From positions 77,578 to 117,844 of the IMG/VR virus record IMGVR_UViG_3300042352_001190: a DNA stretch of 40,267 nt; one strand, 5' to 3'. Numbering within the stretch: position 1 is the first letter of the stretch; each line of letters opens with the position of its first letter. This document shows positions 1 to 9,345 of this stretch, piece by piece. This stretch comes from a virus (Duplodnaviria > Heunggongvirae > Uroviricota > Caudoviricetes). The notes beneath the pieces were generated by a model. That model was not told the DNA's origin and made no database searches. It saw only the letters and a program-made list of their open reading frames with translations. Made by a program: the position numbers and the translations under genes.

Positions 1-270
1 TTGATTAATTTTTAGATTGGATATACCAAGCTTTTCATGTAATTCTGTATCAAGATGCCACTTTTCTGTAAAGTAGTGATTTACGGCTTTAATTGAAAAC
101 TTGATAAGGTCTTGGCCTTGAAGAGTAATCGACTGTGCAATATCTGTATCGTGAAAATAGAAATATTTGTTACCGAAGGCTCCATAAAACGAGTTAATCA
201 AGATTTTTAGAGCATTTTGCTCAAGATTAAGACGTTTGATCTCTTTGTCTAATTGTTCTTTAGTTTGCAT
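1..270 (-). CDS. gp43: Family B DNA polymerase, C-terminal subunit (gp43B-like), 5' part only; runs off the left edge
   Basis: Manual translation from ATG at 270: MQTKEQLDKEIKRLNLEQNALKILINSFYGAFGNKYFYFHDTDIAQSITLQGQDLIK... contains PolB motif B (KxxxNSxYG) and the downstream A-x-x-I-T-x-x-G; open to the window edge; absent from the ORF track. Confidence 0.93.
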   Translation of the reverse strand, partial: MQTKEQLDKEIKRLNLEQNALKILINSFYGAFGNKYFYFHDTDIAQSITLQGQDLIKFSIKAVNHYFTEKWHLDTELHEKLGISNLKINQ

Positions 271-325
271 ACATAAGTGTTTTACTCGGTTGGTGTTCTT
301 AGTTTAACCTACTAGTATAATACTA

Positions 326-332
326 ATAAATA
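326..332 (+). promoter_or_regulatory. Putative late promoter (ATAAATA, T4 gp55-type TATAAATA variant)
   Basis: Intergenic, 12 nt before ATG at 345. Confidence 0.5.
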
Positions 333-344
333 ATAAAAATTAGC

Positions 345-959
345 ATGGCATTGGTAGCACAAGACAGAACCCTATCTAAAGTTTACGCAAATTATCCCTT
401 TTTGCGAAATTTTCCATTCCAGGACTTTCAAATTGAGGCAGAGGAGCTAAAAAGACCCCAATCTGATGACGGGGAGTTTGCTTCGGCACCTTCTTCTATC
501 ACAAACCCATTTGTTATTAACTTTGTCTATACAAGAGAGAAACAAAAGACTGCAATTTCAGTTTTTGATAGAGAATTGGACTGGTTGAGCACTAGAGCTG
601 ATCTAATTACTGAACTAGATGATATTGTTCATATTATAAATGAGTCCTTGCCATCTGGAGACATTATTAAGAAGAGGGATGCTGTACTTGTGATTGAACA
701 TTGGCTCAAAAAGATCGCAGACGATCGTGCCACCCTAAATTATAGTACATTTAATGATATTTTGATGCGCTTGATCGGCGTAACACAGCTCAAGGAGACT
801 GTTCAATTGATAAATAATATTAATAAGCTATCCTCTGGTGCAAATGTAATAAAAATGGATAAAAAGCAATACGATATTATTATGACGTATTATGATTTCC
901 AAATGATTTATTGCAAATTGGTGCTTGGGATAATTATTGCAGCAAAAATATCGCTTTAA
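345..959 (+). CDS. Hypothetical protein (204 aa)
   Basis: Long ORF after an A-rich leader and ATAAATA; no recognisable motif. Confidence 0.8.
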   Translation: MALVAQDRTLSKVYANYPFLRNFPFQDFQIEAEELKRPQSDDGEFASAPSSITNPFVINFVYTREKQKTAISVFDRELDWLSTRADLITELDDIVHIINESLPSGDIIKKRDAVLVIEHWLKKIADDRATLNYSTFNDILMRLIGVTQLKETVQLINNINKLSSGANVIKMDKKQYDIIMTYYDFQMIYCKLVLGIIIAAKISL

Positions 960-960
960 T

Positions 961-1227
961 ATGTCGCAAATCGACCAGTTTTTAAATTACCTGTCCACGA
1001 TTAACGAATCAACGATTCAATTGACCAAACAGGACTACCAAAAAATTTGTGCGATTAGAGATAAGGTTACTGAACTAGCGGTTAAGGTATCTCAAAGCCA
1101 AACTATCATACATGGTACCTCAACTCAAATAAAGGAAACTAAAAAGGTTTCAATATATCAAAAAATGAATGAGTCTGGTGTTCTTCAATTTGAAGAATAT
1201 TCTAATTTACGCAAGCCTACTAACTAA
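961..1227 (+). CDS. Hypothetical protein (88 aa)
   Basis: ATG at 961 follows the upstream stop by 1 nt and is preferred over the overlapping 937 start; TAATG overlap with the next gene. Confidence 0.7.
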   Translation: MSQIDQFLNYLSTINESTIQLTKQDYQKICAIRDKVTELAVKVSQSQTIIHGTSTQIKETKKVSIYQKMNESGVLQFEEYSNLRKPTN

Positions 1228-2009
1228 TGAAGCATATTAAACTATTTGAAAATTTTAGCAGAGAATATCTAAAGACTAATAATAATTCTTTAGTTTCCTT
1301 TTATGCAGATAAGCTTGGAGATTTTTGGTTAGAAAAAGAATTACTTGAAAAACTAGAACAGTTTGAAGCAAGAGTAGATTCGCTTTTTTCAAATGACTGG
1401 AATCTAAATAGAGGCCGTAATCACTACAATGGAGACTTCTTTGCCCTAAATGTAAAAGTTTATAATTACCCAGATGAAGATGAAGTTCAGGCAAAGGTTG
1501 GCATTGAACTTGATGAGGAACGACTTTCTGATATTTGGTATAGATGGTTGCAAGATCAAGCTGAAATGTTTCAAGAAGATATTGAACAGTCTTACGATTG
1601 GGTTGGTCATGTTGGTTGGGGCGGAAATAGCGGCGGATGGCTACACCTTTCACCAGACAATGGCGCAGATAGATTATTAGAATATGCTGAAGAGACTATT
1701 CAAATGTATTTAGATACTAAAGAATGGTATGAAGAAGATGTTATTGCTGATGTAGCAAAGGCAATCAATAGTCCTGAATGGAAACGCCTTGCTGAACTTG
1801 GTTTGGTTGAAGACGAAGATGCAGTAAAAGAAATTACTGATAAATTAACTGAATCTATTAATTGGTTTAAGGCTGAACTTGCTAAACTCAATCAAATCGA
1901 AGAAGATCTTAAAGATATTCAGCGTCAACACAGATCATTTGAACAAAATGCAAAGAAATATTTTCTAGAATTCTTAGAAGAAGAGATTGCAGATGGCCAC
2001 TTAGGTTAG
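1227..2009 (+). CDS. Acidic protein with N-terminal capsid-targeting-like motif (putative internal head protein)
   Basis: N-terminus MKHIKLFENF resembles the T4 internal-protein CTS (MKTYQEF). Confidence 0.7.
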   Translation: MKHIKLFENFSREYLKTNNNSLVSFYADKLGDFWLEKELLEKLEQFEARVDSLFSNDWNLNRGRNHYNGDFFALNVKVYNYPDEDEVQAKVGIELDEERLSDIWYRWLQDQAEMFQEDIEQSYDWVGHVGWGGNSGGWLHLSPDNGADRLLEYAEETIQMYLDTKEWYEEDVIADVAKAINSPEWKRLAELGLVEDEDAVKEITDKLTESINWFKAELAKLNQIEEDLKDIQRQHRSFEQNAKKYFLEFLEEEIADGHLG

Positions 2010-3568
2010 CCTTTAATAAACTTACTTAAATCATAATTGTGCTTAGACACAATCCATTTTTCCTTTTCATAAATTTTCTCACGAACCTTACCGTGTTTTA
2101 CAATATAACCATTTAGATCGTCAATTAGATCATAAATCGTTACTTTGCTTTTTCCAGCCAATTTACGCATGCCACGACCTACTGCTTGGCGAATAGTAAT
2201 TTCAGACTTATAACTTTCTGCAAAAATAATGCTCTGCACATTTTTTAAGTCAATACCAGTTGCAAAGGTTGCATAGCTTGCAACTAGAGTTACGTTAGAA
2301 CCTGCTTCCATTGCATCTTTATATTCAGCTCGGTCATCTCCGCTTACTTCACCATCAATATAGAATGAGTTTGGATTCCACTCAGAAATTCTCTCTTTAA
2401 TTCGTTGACCGTATTTGTCTTTCACATTAATAAAAAGAATTAGGGTATTTCCACCTAGCTTTTTAACTAGTGATGAAATAAAATCTACACGAGGTTCGTA
2501 TGAAATAATAAAATCCTTTTCCATTTGGAACATATTCTTTCCATAGTCTTCAATACGATGGAATTGACTTTTACCGTGTTCCTGCATATATTTGTAGTTT
2601 TGAATAAAAGGCTCGTTCTCTGGATATTTTAGGGAAAGTATCTTAATAAACACGTCTGGCGAGTGTTTGTTTTCAATTAAGAAACTAGATTTAAGAGTCA
2701 TGCTTAGAGGGCCAATGTACTCTTGGATTTTATAGAAATCAGAAAAATCCTCATCGACTTGAATTGTACCAGAAAGTCCTAACTTATATTCAACATTAGT
2801 TGAAGCTAAGAGAATATCTTTAATAGTATCACCTCTTGAAGTATGACACTCATCTACACAAAGCACAGTAAATTTTTTAAAGAAGTCTCCATCGCGTTTA
2901 GCTAAACTTTGATAAGTTGAGATAACTAGATCCGCCTCTTCAAATTTCTTGTCTGAATATTTGTTCTTACCGCCAACTTCTAAAATATTCCAGTTAATTA
3001 GGCCAGTATGATAGTCCTTTACAAATTTTTCTGCAGTTTGACCAACTAATGAAATATTAGGAACTACAATAAGGGCTTTTTTATCTTTACCATTGATAAT
3101 TCCCTTACGCTTAAGAAAGCTTAAATATAAAAATAGGATTAGAGTTTTACCAGCAGAGGTTGCCAATTCCTGTGCACTAAACTTAAATTTAAGAGCACGG
3201 TATGCAGCTTCCATTTGATAATCATATGGAGTAAGATCGACTCCATCTAATAGGACACTTGCAAATTTATCAAGTTGATCCTTTGTAAATTCAAGATTAA
3301 GTAGAGAATCTAATCCATCTAATTCAATCTCATGACCGTAGATTTGACTAAACTGTTTGATTTGATACCATAAACCGACTCCGATTCGATTTTCGCGATC
3401 TATAAACTTATCATAGCCATCCCAAAGACGACGCTGAAATAGTGGACTAAAGTGATAGCCCTTGGCTCTTTTCTTAAAGAAGTTCTTAAGATCGACTACC
3501 TCTTTCTTAAGATCATTATGTATTAATTGAAAATATCTTTTATCTGGTGTTAACTTAAACTTTAGCAA
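2006..3568 (-). CDS. uvsW: UvsW-like SF2 DNA helicase
   Basis: YQ motif, ATSAGKT (Walker A), DECH, GLSGT, YATFATGID, QAVGRGMRK; next to a UvsY-like gene. Confidence 0.9.
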   Translation of the reverse strand: MLKFKLTPDKRYFQLIHNDLKKEVVDLKNFFKKRAKGYHFSPLFQRRLWDGYDKFIDRENRIGVGLWYQIKQFSQIYGHEIELDGLDSLLNLEFTKDQLDKFASVLLDGVDLTPYDYQMEAAYRALKFKFSAQELATSAGKTLILFLYLSFLKRKGIINGKDKKALIVVPNISLVGQTAEKFVKDYHTGLINWNILEVGGKNKYSDKKFEEADLVISTYQSLAKRDGDFFKKFTVLCVDECHTSRGDTIKDILLASTNVEYKLGLSGTIQVDEDFSDFYKIQEYIGPLSMTLKSSFLIENKHSPDVFIKILSLKYPENEPFIQNYKYMQEHGKSQFHRIEDYGKNMFQMEKDFIISYEPRVDFISSLVKKLGGNTLILFINVKDKYGQRIKERISEWNPNSFYIDGEVSGDDRAEYKDAMEAGSNVTLVASYATFATGIDLKNVQSIIFAESYKSEITIRQAVGRGMRKLAGKSKVTIYDLIDDLNGYIVKHGKVREKIYEKEKWIVSKHNYDLSKFIKG

Positions 3569-3583
3569 ACTCTTTGGATGTTT

Positions 3584-4033
3584 TTACACACCCAGCATCT
3601 TTTCAATATCAAGTCTAGTTTTAATTCCGAAAAGAGCGGCGTCTACTGTCTTGATTGTGTCTTGATAAAATTGAGTTTGGCTTTCGATCTGATCGATCGT
3701 TTCTTTGATGTTAGACGTTTTTCCGTCGACGATAGTAGTCTTTTCGTTAGAGTTGTATCTTAGCTGGGATGTTCTGGAGACTGCTTCCCACTCGTCTCCT
3801 TTTTGTTCTCTATATTTCTTTTTATAGCGATTGTAGTGTTCAATTAGGGTATGGTTTTCCTCAAGCAATCTTTGGCGTAAGCTTAAAAAGTAAACCTGAG
3901 CATCAGCAAGGCGCTTTATATTATTCATATAACCAACTCCTTCCTGTACCTCTTCAGACACAGCTTTACGCTTTGCCGAAAAAACGTCAGACAAACTCTT
4001 TTTAACTTCTGGTGATTGTTGTTCGAATTCCAT
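3584..4033 (-). CDS. uvsY: UvsY-like recombination mediator
   Basis: About 150 aa, helical; C-terminal FYQDTIKTVDAALFGIKTRLDIEK fits the UvsY C-terminal pattern; adjacent to uvsW as in T4; SD-like AGAAGGT upstream. Confidence 0.6.
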   Translation of the reverse strand: MEFEQQSPEVKKSLSDVFSAKRKAVSEEVQEGVGYMNNIKRLADAQVYFLSLRQRLLEENHTLIEHYNRYKKKYREQKGDEWEAVSRTSQLRYNSNEKTTIVDGKTSNIKETIDQIESQTQFYQDTIKTVDAALFGIKTRLDIEKMLGV

Positions 4034-4064
4034 ACCTTCTTTTACTTGGTACTGGACCTAAGGT

Positions 4065-4526
4065 TTAGACAAAAGTGTAACAAGTACTCTCAACTTTAAA
4101 GTAATAACTTTCAAATTCTTTGGGATCTAGCGTTGTGTAAATATCAGTTCCGATTGAATGGTGGTCGCCATTTTTATAATATGAGCTAATTTGACCCGCA
4201 TAGAGGCAAATAATTGAATCAATATGGTACTGTTTTAAACTACCAATTATCATATGTTTAAAATCTGAATCAGGAACGTCAGATCCAACATTTGTAACAA
4301 AGATACTTGGGTATATTAATGGATAGCCTCCCATCATATGATTTGTCATAAATGTTTGACGTACATAAGGTAAGGCTCCGAATTTAGAAAGATCGGTTAA
4401 GAATTGGCGGTAAATCTTTGGGTTACTGAAAGTAAAGACGGCAAAGGGCTGCTTTCTCTGGACAGTTTCTCTAACCAGATTAACTCTGTTACCCTCGTAT
4501 TCGCCTTTTATAAACTCTAAGTTCAA
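4065..4526 (-). CDS. Hypothetical protein (153 aa, TTG start)
   Basis: ORF fills the gap and is co-oriented with uvsY/uvsW. Confidence 0.7.
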   Translation of the reverse strand: MNLEFIKGEYEGNRVNLVRETVQRKQPFAVFTFSNPKIYRQFLTDLSKFGALPYVRQTFMTNHMMGGYPLIYPSIFVTNVGSDVPDSDFKHMIIGSLKQYHIDSIICLYAGQISSYYKNGDHHSIGTDIYTTLDPKEFESYYFKVESTCYTFV

Positions 4527-4551
4527 TTTTAGTATAATAATATTTCAAAGT

Positions 4552-4558
4552 TATTTAT
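4552..4558 (-). promoter_or_regulatory. Putative late promoter (ATAAATA) for hyp-uvsY-uvsW
   Basis: In the divergent intergenic region, 25 nt before the 4526 start. Confidence 0.4.
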
Positions 4559-4563
4559 TTCAT

Positions 4564-5094
4564 ATGGAGCAAGTTTTAAATGTCGTAGATTTTGATGAAA
4601 CCTTATTTAGGGTTCCCCCATTTACCCACGCCGGTACTGAGTTTACAAAACCTTACGAGTGGTTTGATAATCCAAAGTCTCTAAACACCAATTTATACAG
4701 ATTACAGCTAATTGAGTCTGTTTTTAATAAACTTGACAAAAACCATACGACTATTATCTTAAGTCACCGGGTTGAGGCAACCAGAAAAGCAATGGCTGCA
4801 GTTTTAGATAAGTTTGGAATTACCAAAACATTTGATCAAATTATCCTTTGCGAGCGTAATACAGATAAACCACAAATGTTACTTGAATATTTGGATAAAG
4901 TTGGTCCTAATTTTGATAAAATCAGAATATTTGAAGACTCTCTTGTTCAAATAGACCGATATGTTAAAAATCCCTATTTAAGTAAGATCACCAATTCAAT
5001 TGAATATTGGTTTGTTGATAAGACCGAATTACTCCAAATTGACGGAAATATTGGTATATTAACAAGAGAAAGAATACAACTTAAATACTCATGA
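4564..5094 (+). CDS. HAD-superfamily phosphatase (PNK 3'-phosphatase-like)
   Basis: Motif I DFDETLF, motif II LSHR, motif III K (DKP), motif IV FEDS. Confidence 0.8.
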   Translation: MEQVLNVVDFDETLFRVPPFTHAGTEFTKPYEWFDNPKSLNTNLYRLQLIESVFNKLDKNHTTIILSHRVEATRKAMAAVLDKFGITKTFDQIILCERNTDKPQMLLEYLDKVGPNFDKIRIFEDSLVQIDRYVKNPYLSKITNSIEYWFVDKTELLQIDGNIGILTRERIQLKYS

Positions 5095-5690
5095 TAATCT
5101 TTATTGAAGGCACACGTCACTCTGGCAAAACCTATTTGCTAAATCAATTAATTAAAAAACACGGTGCTGAATTAAATCTATTTTATTATAAATTTTACCT
5201 AGCTGATGAATATTCAGCAATTGTTAAAGAATGGGATAAATCCGATTCAGGCATTCACTATTTTAGTATGGGTAATATTATGACAATCTTAGATCTACAC
5301 GAACATTTTCCAGAAAAGATTTTTGTATTTGATCGAGCTCATATTACAGCTGCTACTTGGGCAACCATTTGGAATCGATTAGAATTTAATCAAGCCCAAT
5401 CTGAATTATATGGTTTAATTAAACGCCCAGGCTATCAAAATTGCAAAACTGTCATGATTGATGCACCAGATGAATTTAAACAGGACCAGGCTCGTAAAAA
5501 AGATTTATGGGATGGTCTAGTTTCAGCAAAAGAAGAAAAGCTACTTATGACTAAACTTATTGAATCTGCTCCATTTAGATTCAAAGATGGTCGCGAAGGT
5601 AATTCATTTGATCAATTTACAAATAATTTTACGCCAGACTCAGTTGATGAGTTCTGTGATCTAATACAAAAATTGGTTCGGGATAAATAA
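5091..5690 (+). CDS. P-loop kinase, thymidylate/dNMP-kinase-like
   Basis: IFIEGTRHSGKT Walker A and FDRAH (TMK-type DR motif); ATGA overlap with the HAD gene. Confidence 0.7.
   Translation: MIIFIEGTRHSGKTYLLNQLIKKHGAELNLFYYKFYLADEYSAIVKEWDKSDSGIHYFSMGNIMTILDLHEHFPEKIFVFDRAHITAATWATIWNRLEFNQAQSELYGLIKRPGYQNCKTVMIDAPDEFKQDQARKKDLWDGLVSAKEEKLLMTKLIESAPFRFKDGREGNSFDQFTNNFTPDSVDEFCDLIQKLVRDK
5683..5689 (+). promoter_or_regulatory. Putative late promoter (GATAAATA)
   Basis: 22 nt before ATG at 5712. Confidence 0.55.
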
Positions 5691-5711
5691 TCAGAAATAG
5701 GCAACTATAAA

Positions 5712-6212
5712 ATGACAAAACGTATTATTGGAGACTTTAGCCAGTTCCTAAACGAGGCAGAAGAATCAGCACCACTTAAAGGATTACCTTTTCAAGAGCT
5801 TATGGATCAGTTGGTTAAATTAACAGATCTTACATCAGATAGTTTAAGCATCGGAACCCCAGCTGATATCTATGGTCACTCAACTTCATATAAAACAGAT
5901 CTTTCTGAGGTTCAAGCTAGATTAGCTGATGTTGACCACTACTATGCAACAAAAATGAAGCAAGAAGTTAGATTCTTTTGTTGGAATATCAATTGGAAAG
6001 ATTACTCTTCAGGTAGAGAGCTTGAAAAGAAGCTTCCTGAAGGAACTATCCAGGCATATCAAAATATCGATTTAGCAAAACTTATTACCTATTTTGAAGA
6101 AAATCCAGAAGATGCTGGTTTGTTAAAAGGAATTAACCTTAGCGTTTCTTCAAAAGCTGGACAAGAGTTTGCGAAAGATATGGGAGCAGGAAAATACGGA
6201 TCTTTAGACTAA
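5712..6212 (+). CDS. Putative internal head protein (CTS-like N-terminus)
   Basis: MTKRIIGDFSQFLNE|AEE: CTS-like motif followed by an LxE protease-type site; follows a late promoter. Confidence 0.65.
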   Translation: MTKRIIGDFSQFLNEAEESAPLKGLPFQELMDQLVKLTDLTSDSLSIGTPADIYGHSTSYKTDLSEVQARLADVDHYYATKMKQEVRFFCWNINWKDYSSGRELEKKLPEGTIQAYQNIDLAKLITYFEENPEDAGLLKGINLSVSSKAGQEFAKDMGAGKYGSLD

Positions 6213-6228
6213 TAACAATTTAAATTTT

Positions 6229-9123
6229 ATGGCAGGATTAAACCACTTAAAAGACATTTACGAAAAGAAGGGCAAAGAATTTTTAGAAGCTCTTCTTAAT
6301 AAAGAAGTTATCGTTAACGAAAAAATGGACGGTGCATTTTTTGGTGCACAAAGAAACTGCGGAAACTCAGAAGAACCATTTGACTTTTTTAAACGTAATA
6401 CTAAATTAACTGGAGTTGATCGTGTCCTAAGTTCATACTATAATCCAGCACTTAAACATTTTGATGAGTTATCATCAGAAGTAACTGAAAAACTTCCATG
6501 TAACTATCACTTTGGGATGGAATATTTCAGTTCCCCAACTGCTCAATCAATCCAATATGATAGACTACCAAAAAATCACTTAATCTTAAGCTATATCCAT
6601 ATATTGGACGAAGCTGGCGAACAGGCTGAAACTATTCAAGATAAAGCAGATTTGGACAAGTGGGCAGATATTTTAGATATTGAGCGCCCTCCAATTATTT
6701 TTCAAGGAAAACTAACAGACGATCAAAAAGAGAAAATTTTAGATTTTGTCTATACTCCACTTGATGAATTAGTTGGAAAATTTAAGACTGCATCATTTAC
6801 AAAATACATTATTAATGTCTTAAATCCTGAACTTAAAACCTCTTTTTTAAGAGATACTGCAGATAAAGATATTGAAGGAATTGTATTTAGATTTTATGAG
6901 CCAGGCGGAGAAGATTCAGTATTTTTGGCAAAGTTAGTGGACCCAGTTTTCCAAGCAAGAGCAAAAGAAAAGGCTCAAGCTAGAGTTGAGGCACCAAAGA
7001 CTGATGATTATATTTGGATCATGACTGCAGACCTAATGAATTTTATTGAAACCTATTCACAAGCAGATCTTGATGCAATTAAACCAAATGGTACAACATT
7101 TGAAAGACGTTATATTCAAATTATAAATGCAATTTTTAAAGATTTTGTTCAAGAACATGGTAGCAAATATCGCGGACTTGAAATTACAACACCAGAATTC
7201 CTAAATAAGCCAGAATTTGACGTTAACCGAGCATTAATTAGTGATGATATGGTTATCAACCTAATTGATTCTGATAAAACTCTTAAAGAACTCTATCGAG
7301 TTTTCTTAAATACTTTTAGAAAAAAGAATATTAGAGTTAGCTCAACATTTTTCAATAAAACTATGAAAGAAACTCTAAAGTCCCAAATTGCTAAGGTTCA
7401 ACTTGCAGCAGAGGACAAATTAAATGAAGCGTTCTTCCCTACCTTTAATCAATTTTTTGGAACAGATGAAGATGCAACTGATTTTTTCAGTCAATTTCAA
7501 ACTGACCAAAATAAAAAAAAAGATATTGAGGTAGTTGTCTATTTAGACAAATTTCAGCCATTAAGTAAAGAACACGAAAAGGTTGCCTCAAGTATCAAGG
7601 GAAAATACGATGTGCCTTGTTTAATGATTGCATATCACCCAGGTCAAAGAAGTTCAGCCTTTCCAATGTCACCAGAAACTGTTAAAAGTTCAATTGATAG
7701 GTTAACTAAAACTTCAGACTATGTAGTTGGTGGAGGAACAACTGATTCAATCGGAATAGATGAATTAATTAAGTCAGCTGGACAGGGATATTCAATTAAA
7801 GCAATTGCAACAAATTCTGAGTTTGTGCCAGATTTAGTAATCGATCTTAACCGAATTAACAAAAAAGCTCCATATGCAAAAATACCATCTCAACTTAGAG
7901 TGGTGGAGGTTCCTAAAATCGAATTAGAAAGCGATCTTATTAATTCAGTTAAAAACCAAGATTTTGTTCAATATAAAAATCTAACAAGTAAACCTTTACA
8001 TTCAGAGTTTTATAATATGACAAAGGAGATTGAAGAATCCCTTTTAAATGAATCAATATCAGCTGCAGATTTGGATAAAAGAAAAACTGATTTGCTTGAT
8101 TTGATTATTGATGCTCCATACAATGAAGTTCTTTATAAAAAGATTGAAAAGCTTTTAAAGAGAACGCATAATGATTTAACTAAGGATTTGTTTGATATTC
8201 TTAGCAAAACTAAAGGTTATAAAGATTTAGCAAAAACTATTGTTTCAATTGCTGATGATTTAGATCAAGATGATGAACTCCTTGCATATCTAGAAAATCC
8301 AACTGTTACGTTTGAAGATGTTATAAAATCGCCAAATGGTAATCTAAAAACCCTATTTAATACAACTGGCCTTAGCACAGAACTATATGATCAATTATTC
8401 AATTTAATTGGCTCAGTTGGTAGTGTAAATATTGGTCGTGGAGAAATTTTAATGTCAATCCTAATTAAAGATGCAATAAATGCAGATAATAAAACTAAAG
8501 GCGACGTTAAAATTGGATCAGACTCTATTGAAATTAAATCAAGTGGAGATAATTTTAGATTAACTGGTCAAAGTGGTACTGGAATGGGAGCCGATACTGG
8601 AAACTATATTAGAAAAGGTCTATCTGACCTATTTACTGCAGCCAAGCAGGAAGTACCAGAATATTTTGAAAATTCTACGGCATTTGCGCCATCAGCATCA
8701 GCAAATCCACGAAAGGAATATTTTAGCCAAGGAATCACAGCAGCAGTTCAGGCATCAAATAAAGCCGAGGTTGTTGAAATTTTAGCTTCTGGTTTTAATT
8801 TAATTTACAAAAACTATAAAGAAGAACTGGTTTCAGTTTTTAATGCTGCAGTTGCCGAAGATGGCGCATTCAATAATAGAGCATATTTAGATGGTGTTCT
8901 AAAGATTGAATTTGACCGTTATTTACAAGATGGCACATATTTTATGGCTGTAAGTAAGCACACTGGCGACTATGTCTTGATTAATGGAAAGATTACAGAT
9001 GATCAGCTTAAATACTTTAAAGTTGAGCAAGCTAATAATATTAGACCTAAATCAACTTCTTCTGACTCTCTATTGGGAATCGATATTAATATGGATTCTT
9101 TCTCTACAGCTCCTCAAGAATAA
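6229..9123 (+). CDS. 964-aa multidomain protein: ATP-dependent ligase-like nucleotidyltransferase + degenerate cytidylyltransferase-like domain + PD-(D/E)xK nuclease-like domain
   Basis: EKMDG (K32), GMEYF, EGIVFR and AKLVD ligase motifs; VYLDKFQPLSKEH resembles GRFQPxHxGH; GRGE(739)...GD(759)...IE(768)IK(770). Confidence 0.65.
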   Translation: MAGLNHLKDIYEKKGKEFLEALLNKEVIVNEKMDGAFFGAQRNCGNSEEPFDFFKRNTKLTGVDRVLSSYYNPALKHFDELSSEVTEKLPCNYHFGMEYFSSPTAQSIQYDRLPKNHLILSYIHILDEAGEQAETIQDKADLDKWADILDIERPPIIFQGKLTDDQKEKILDFVYTPLDELVGKFKTASFTKYIINVLNPELKTSFLRDTADKDIEGIVFRFYEPGGEDSVFLAKLVDPVFQARAKEKAQARVEAPKTDDYIWIMTADLMNFIETYSQADLDAIKPNGTTFERRYIQIINAIFKDFVQEHGSKYRGLEITTPEFLNKPEFDVNRALISDDMVINLIDSDKTLKELYRVFLNTFRKKNIRVSSTFFNKTMKETLKSQIAKVQLAAEDKLNEAFFPTFNQFFGTDEDATDFFSQFQTDQNKKKDIEVVVYLDKFQPLSKEHEKVASSIKGKYDVPCLMIAYHPGQRSSAFPMSPETVKSSIDRLTKTSDYVVGGGTTDSIGIDELIKSAGQGYSIKAIATNSEFVPDLVIDLNRINKKAPYAKIPSQLRVVEVPKIELESDLINSVKNQDFVQYKNLTSKPLHSEFYNMTKEIEESLLNESISAADLDKRKTDLLDLIIDAPYNEVLYKKIEKLLKRTHNDLTKDLFDILSKTKGYKDLAKTIVSIADDLDQDDELLAYLENPTVTFEDVIKSPNGNLKTLFNTTGLSTELYDQLFNLIGSVGSVNIGRGEILMSILIKDAINADNKTKGDVKIGSDSIEIKSSGDNFRLTGQSGTGMGADTGNYIRKGLSDLFTAAKQEVPEYFENSTAFAPSASANPRKEYFSQGITAAVQASNKAEVVEILASGFNLIYKNYKEELVSVFNAAVAEDGAFNNRAYLDGVLKIEFDRYLQDGTYFMAVSKHTGDYVLINGKITDDQLKYFKVEQANNIRPKSTSSDSLLGIDINMDSFSTAPQE

Positions 9124-9139
9124 GTCTAGACTCGCTCGA

Positions 9140-9146
9140 ATAAATA
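9140..9146 (+). promoter_or_regulatory. Putative late promoter (ATAAATA)
   Basis: 19 nt before the GTG at 9166. Confidence 0.55.
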
Positions 9147-9165
9147 TCTTAAAAGGGCGAAACTT

Positions 9166-9345
9166 GTGAATTCTTCTCAGAAAAACTATAAAGATTATAT
9201 CCAGGGTAAAGCTAGATTGGAAAATGCAATCATACAGCACCCAAGCGGAGAAAATCCAATTATGGATCTTTTAAAGAAGGAAACCAATAGAACCTTCTGG
9301 GTTAAACCATTCGCCGATTGGAAAAAACAAACTACAAAGAAATGA
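9166..9345 (+). CDS. Small 59-aa protein not in the ORF track
   Basis: GTG start with AAGGG upstream; MNSSQKNYKDYIQGKARLENAIIQHPSGENPIMDLLKKETNRTFWVKPFADWKKQTTKK; ATGA overlap with the next gene; fills the gap. Confidence 0.7.
   Translation: MNSSQKNYKDYIQGKARLENAIIQHPSGENPIMDLLKKETNRTFWVKPFADWKKQTTKK

Noticed and set aside
810-816. ATAAATA inside the 345-959 gene as an internal promoter
   Set aside because: No plausible gene start about 20 nt downstream; consistent with chance in AT-rich DNA
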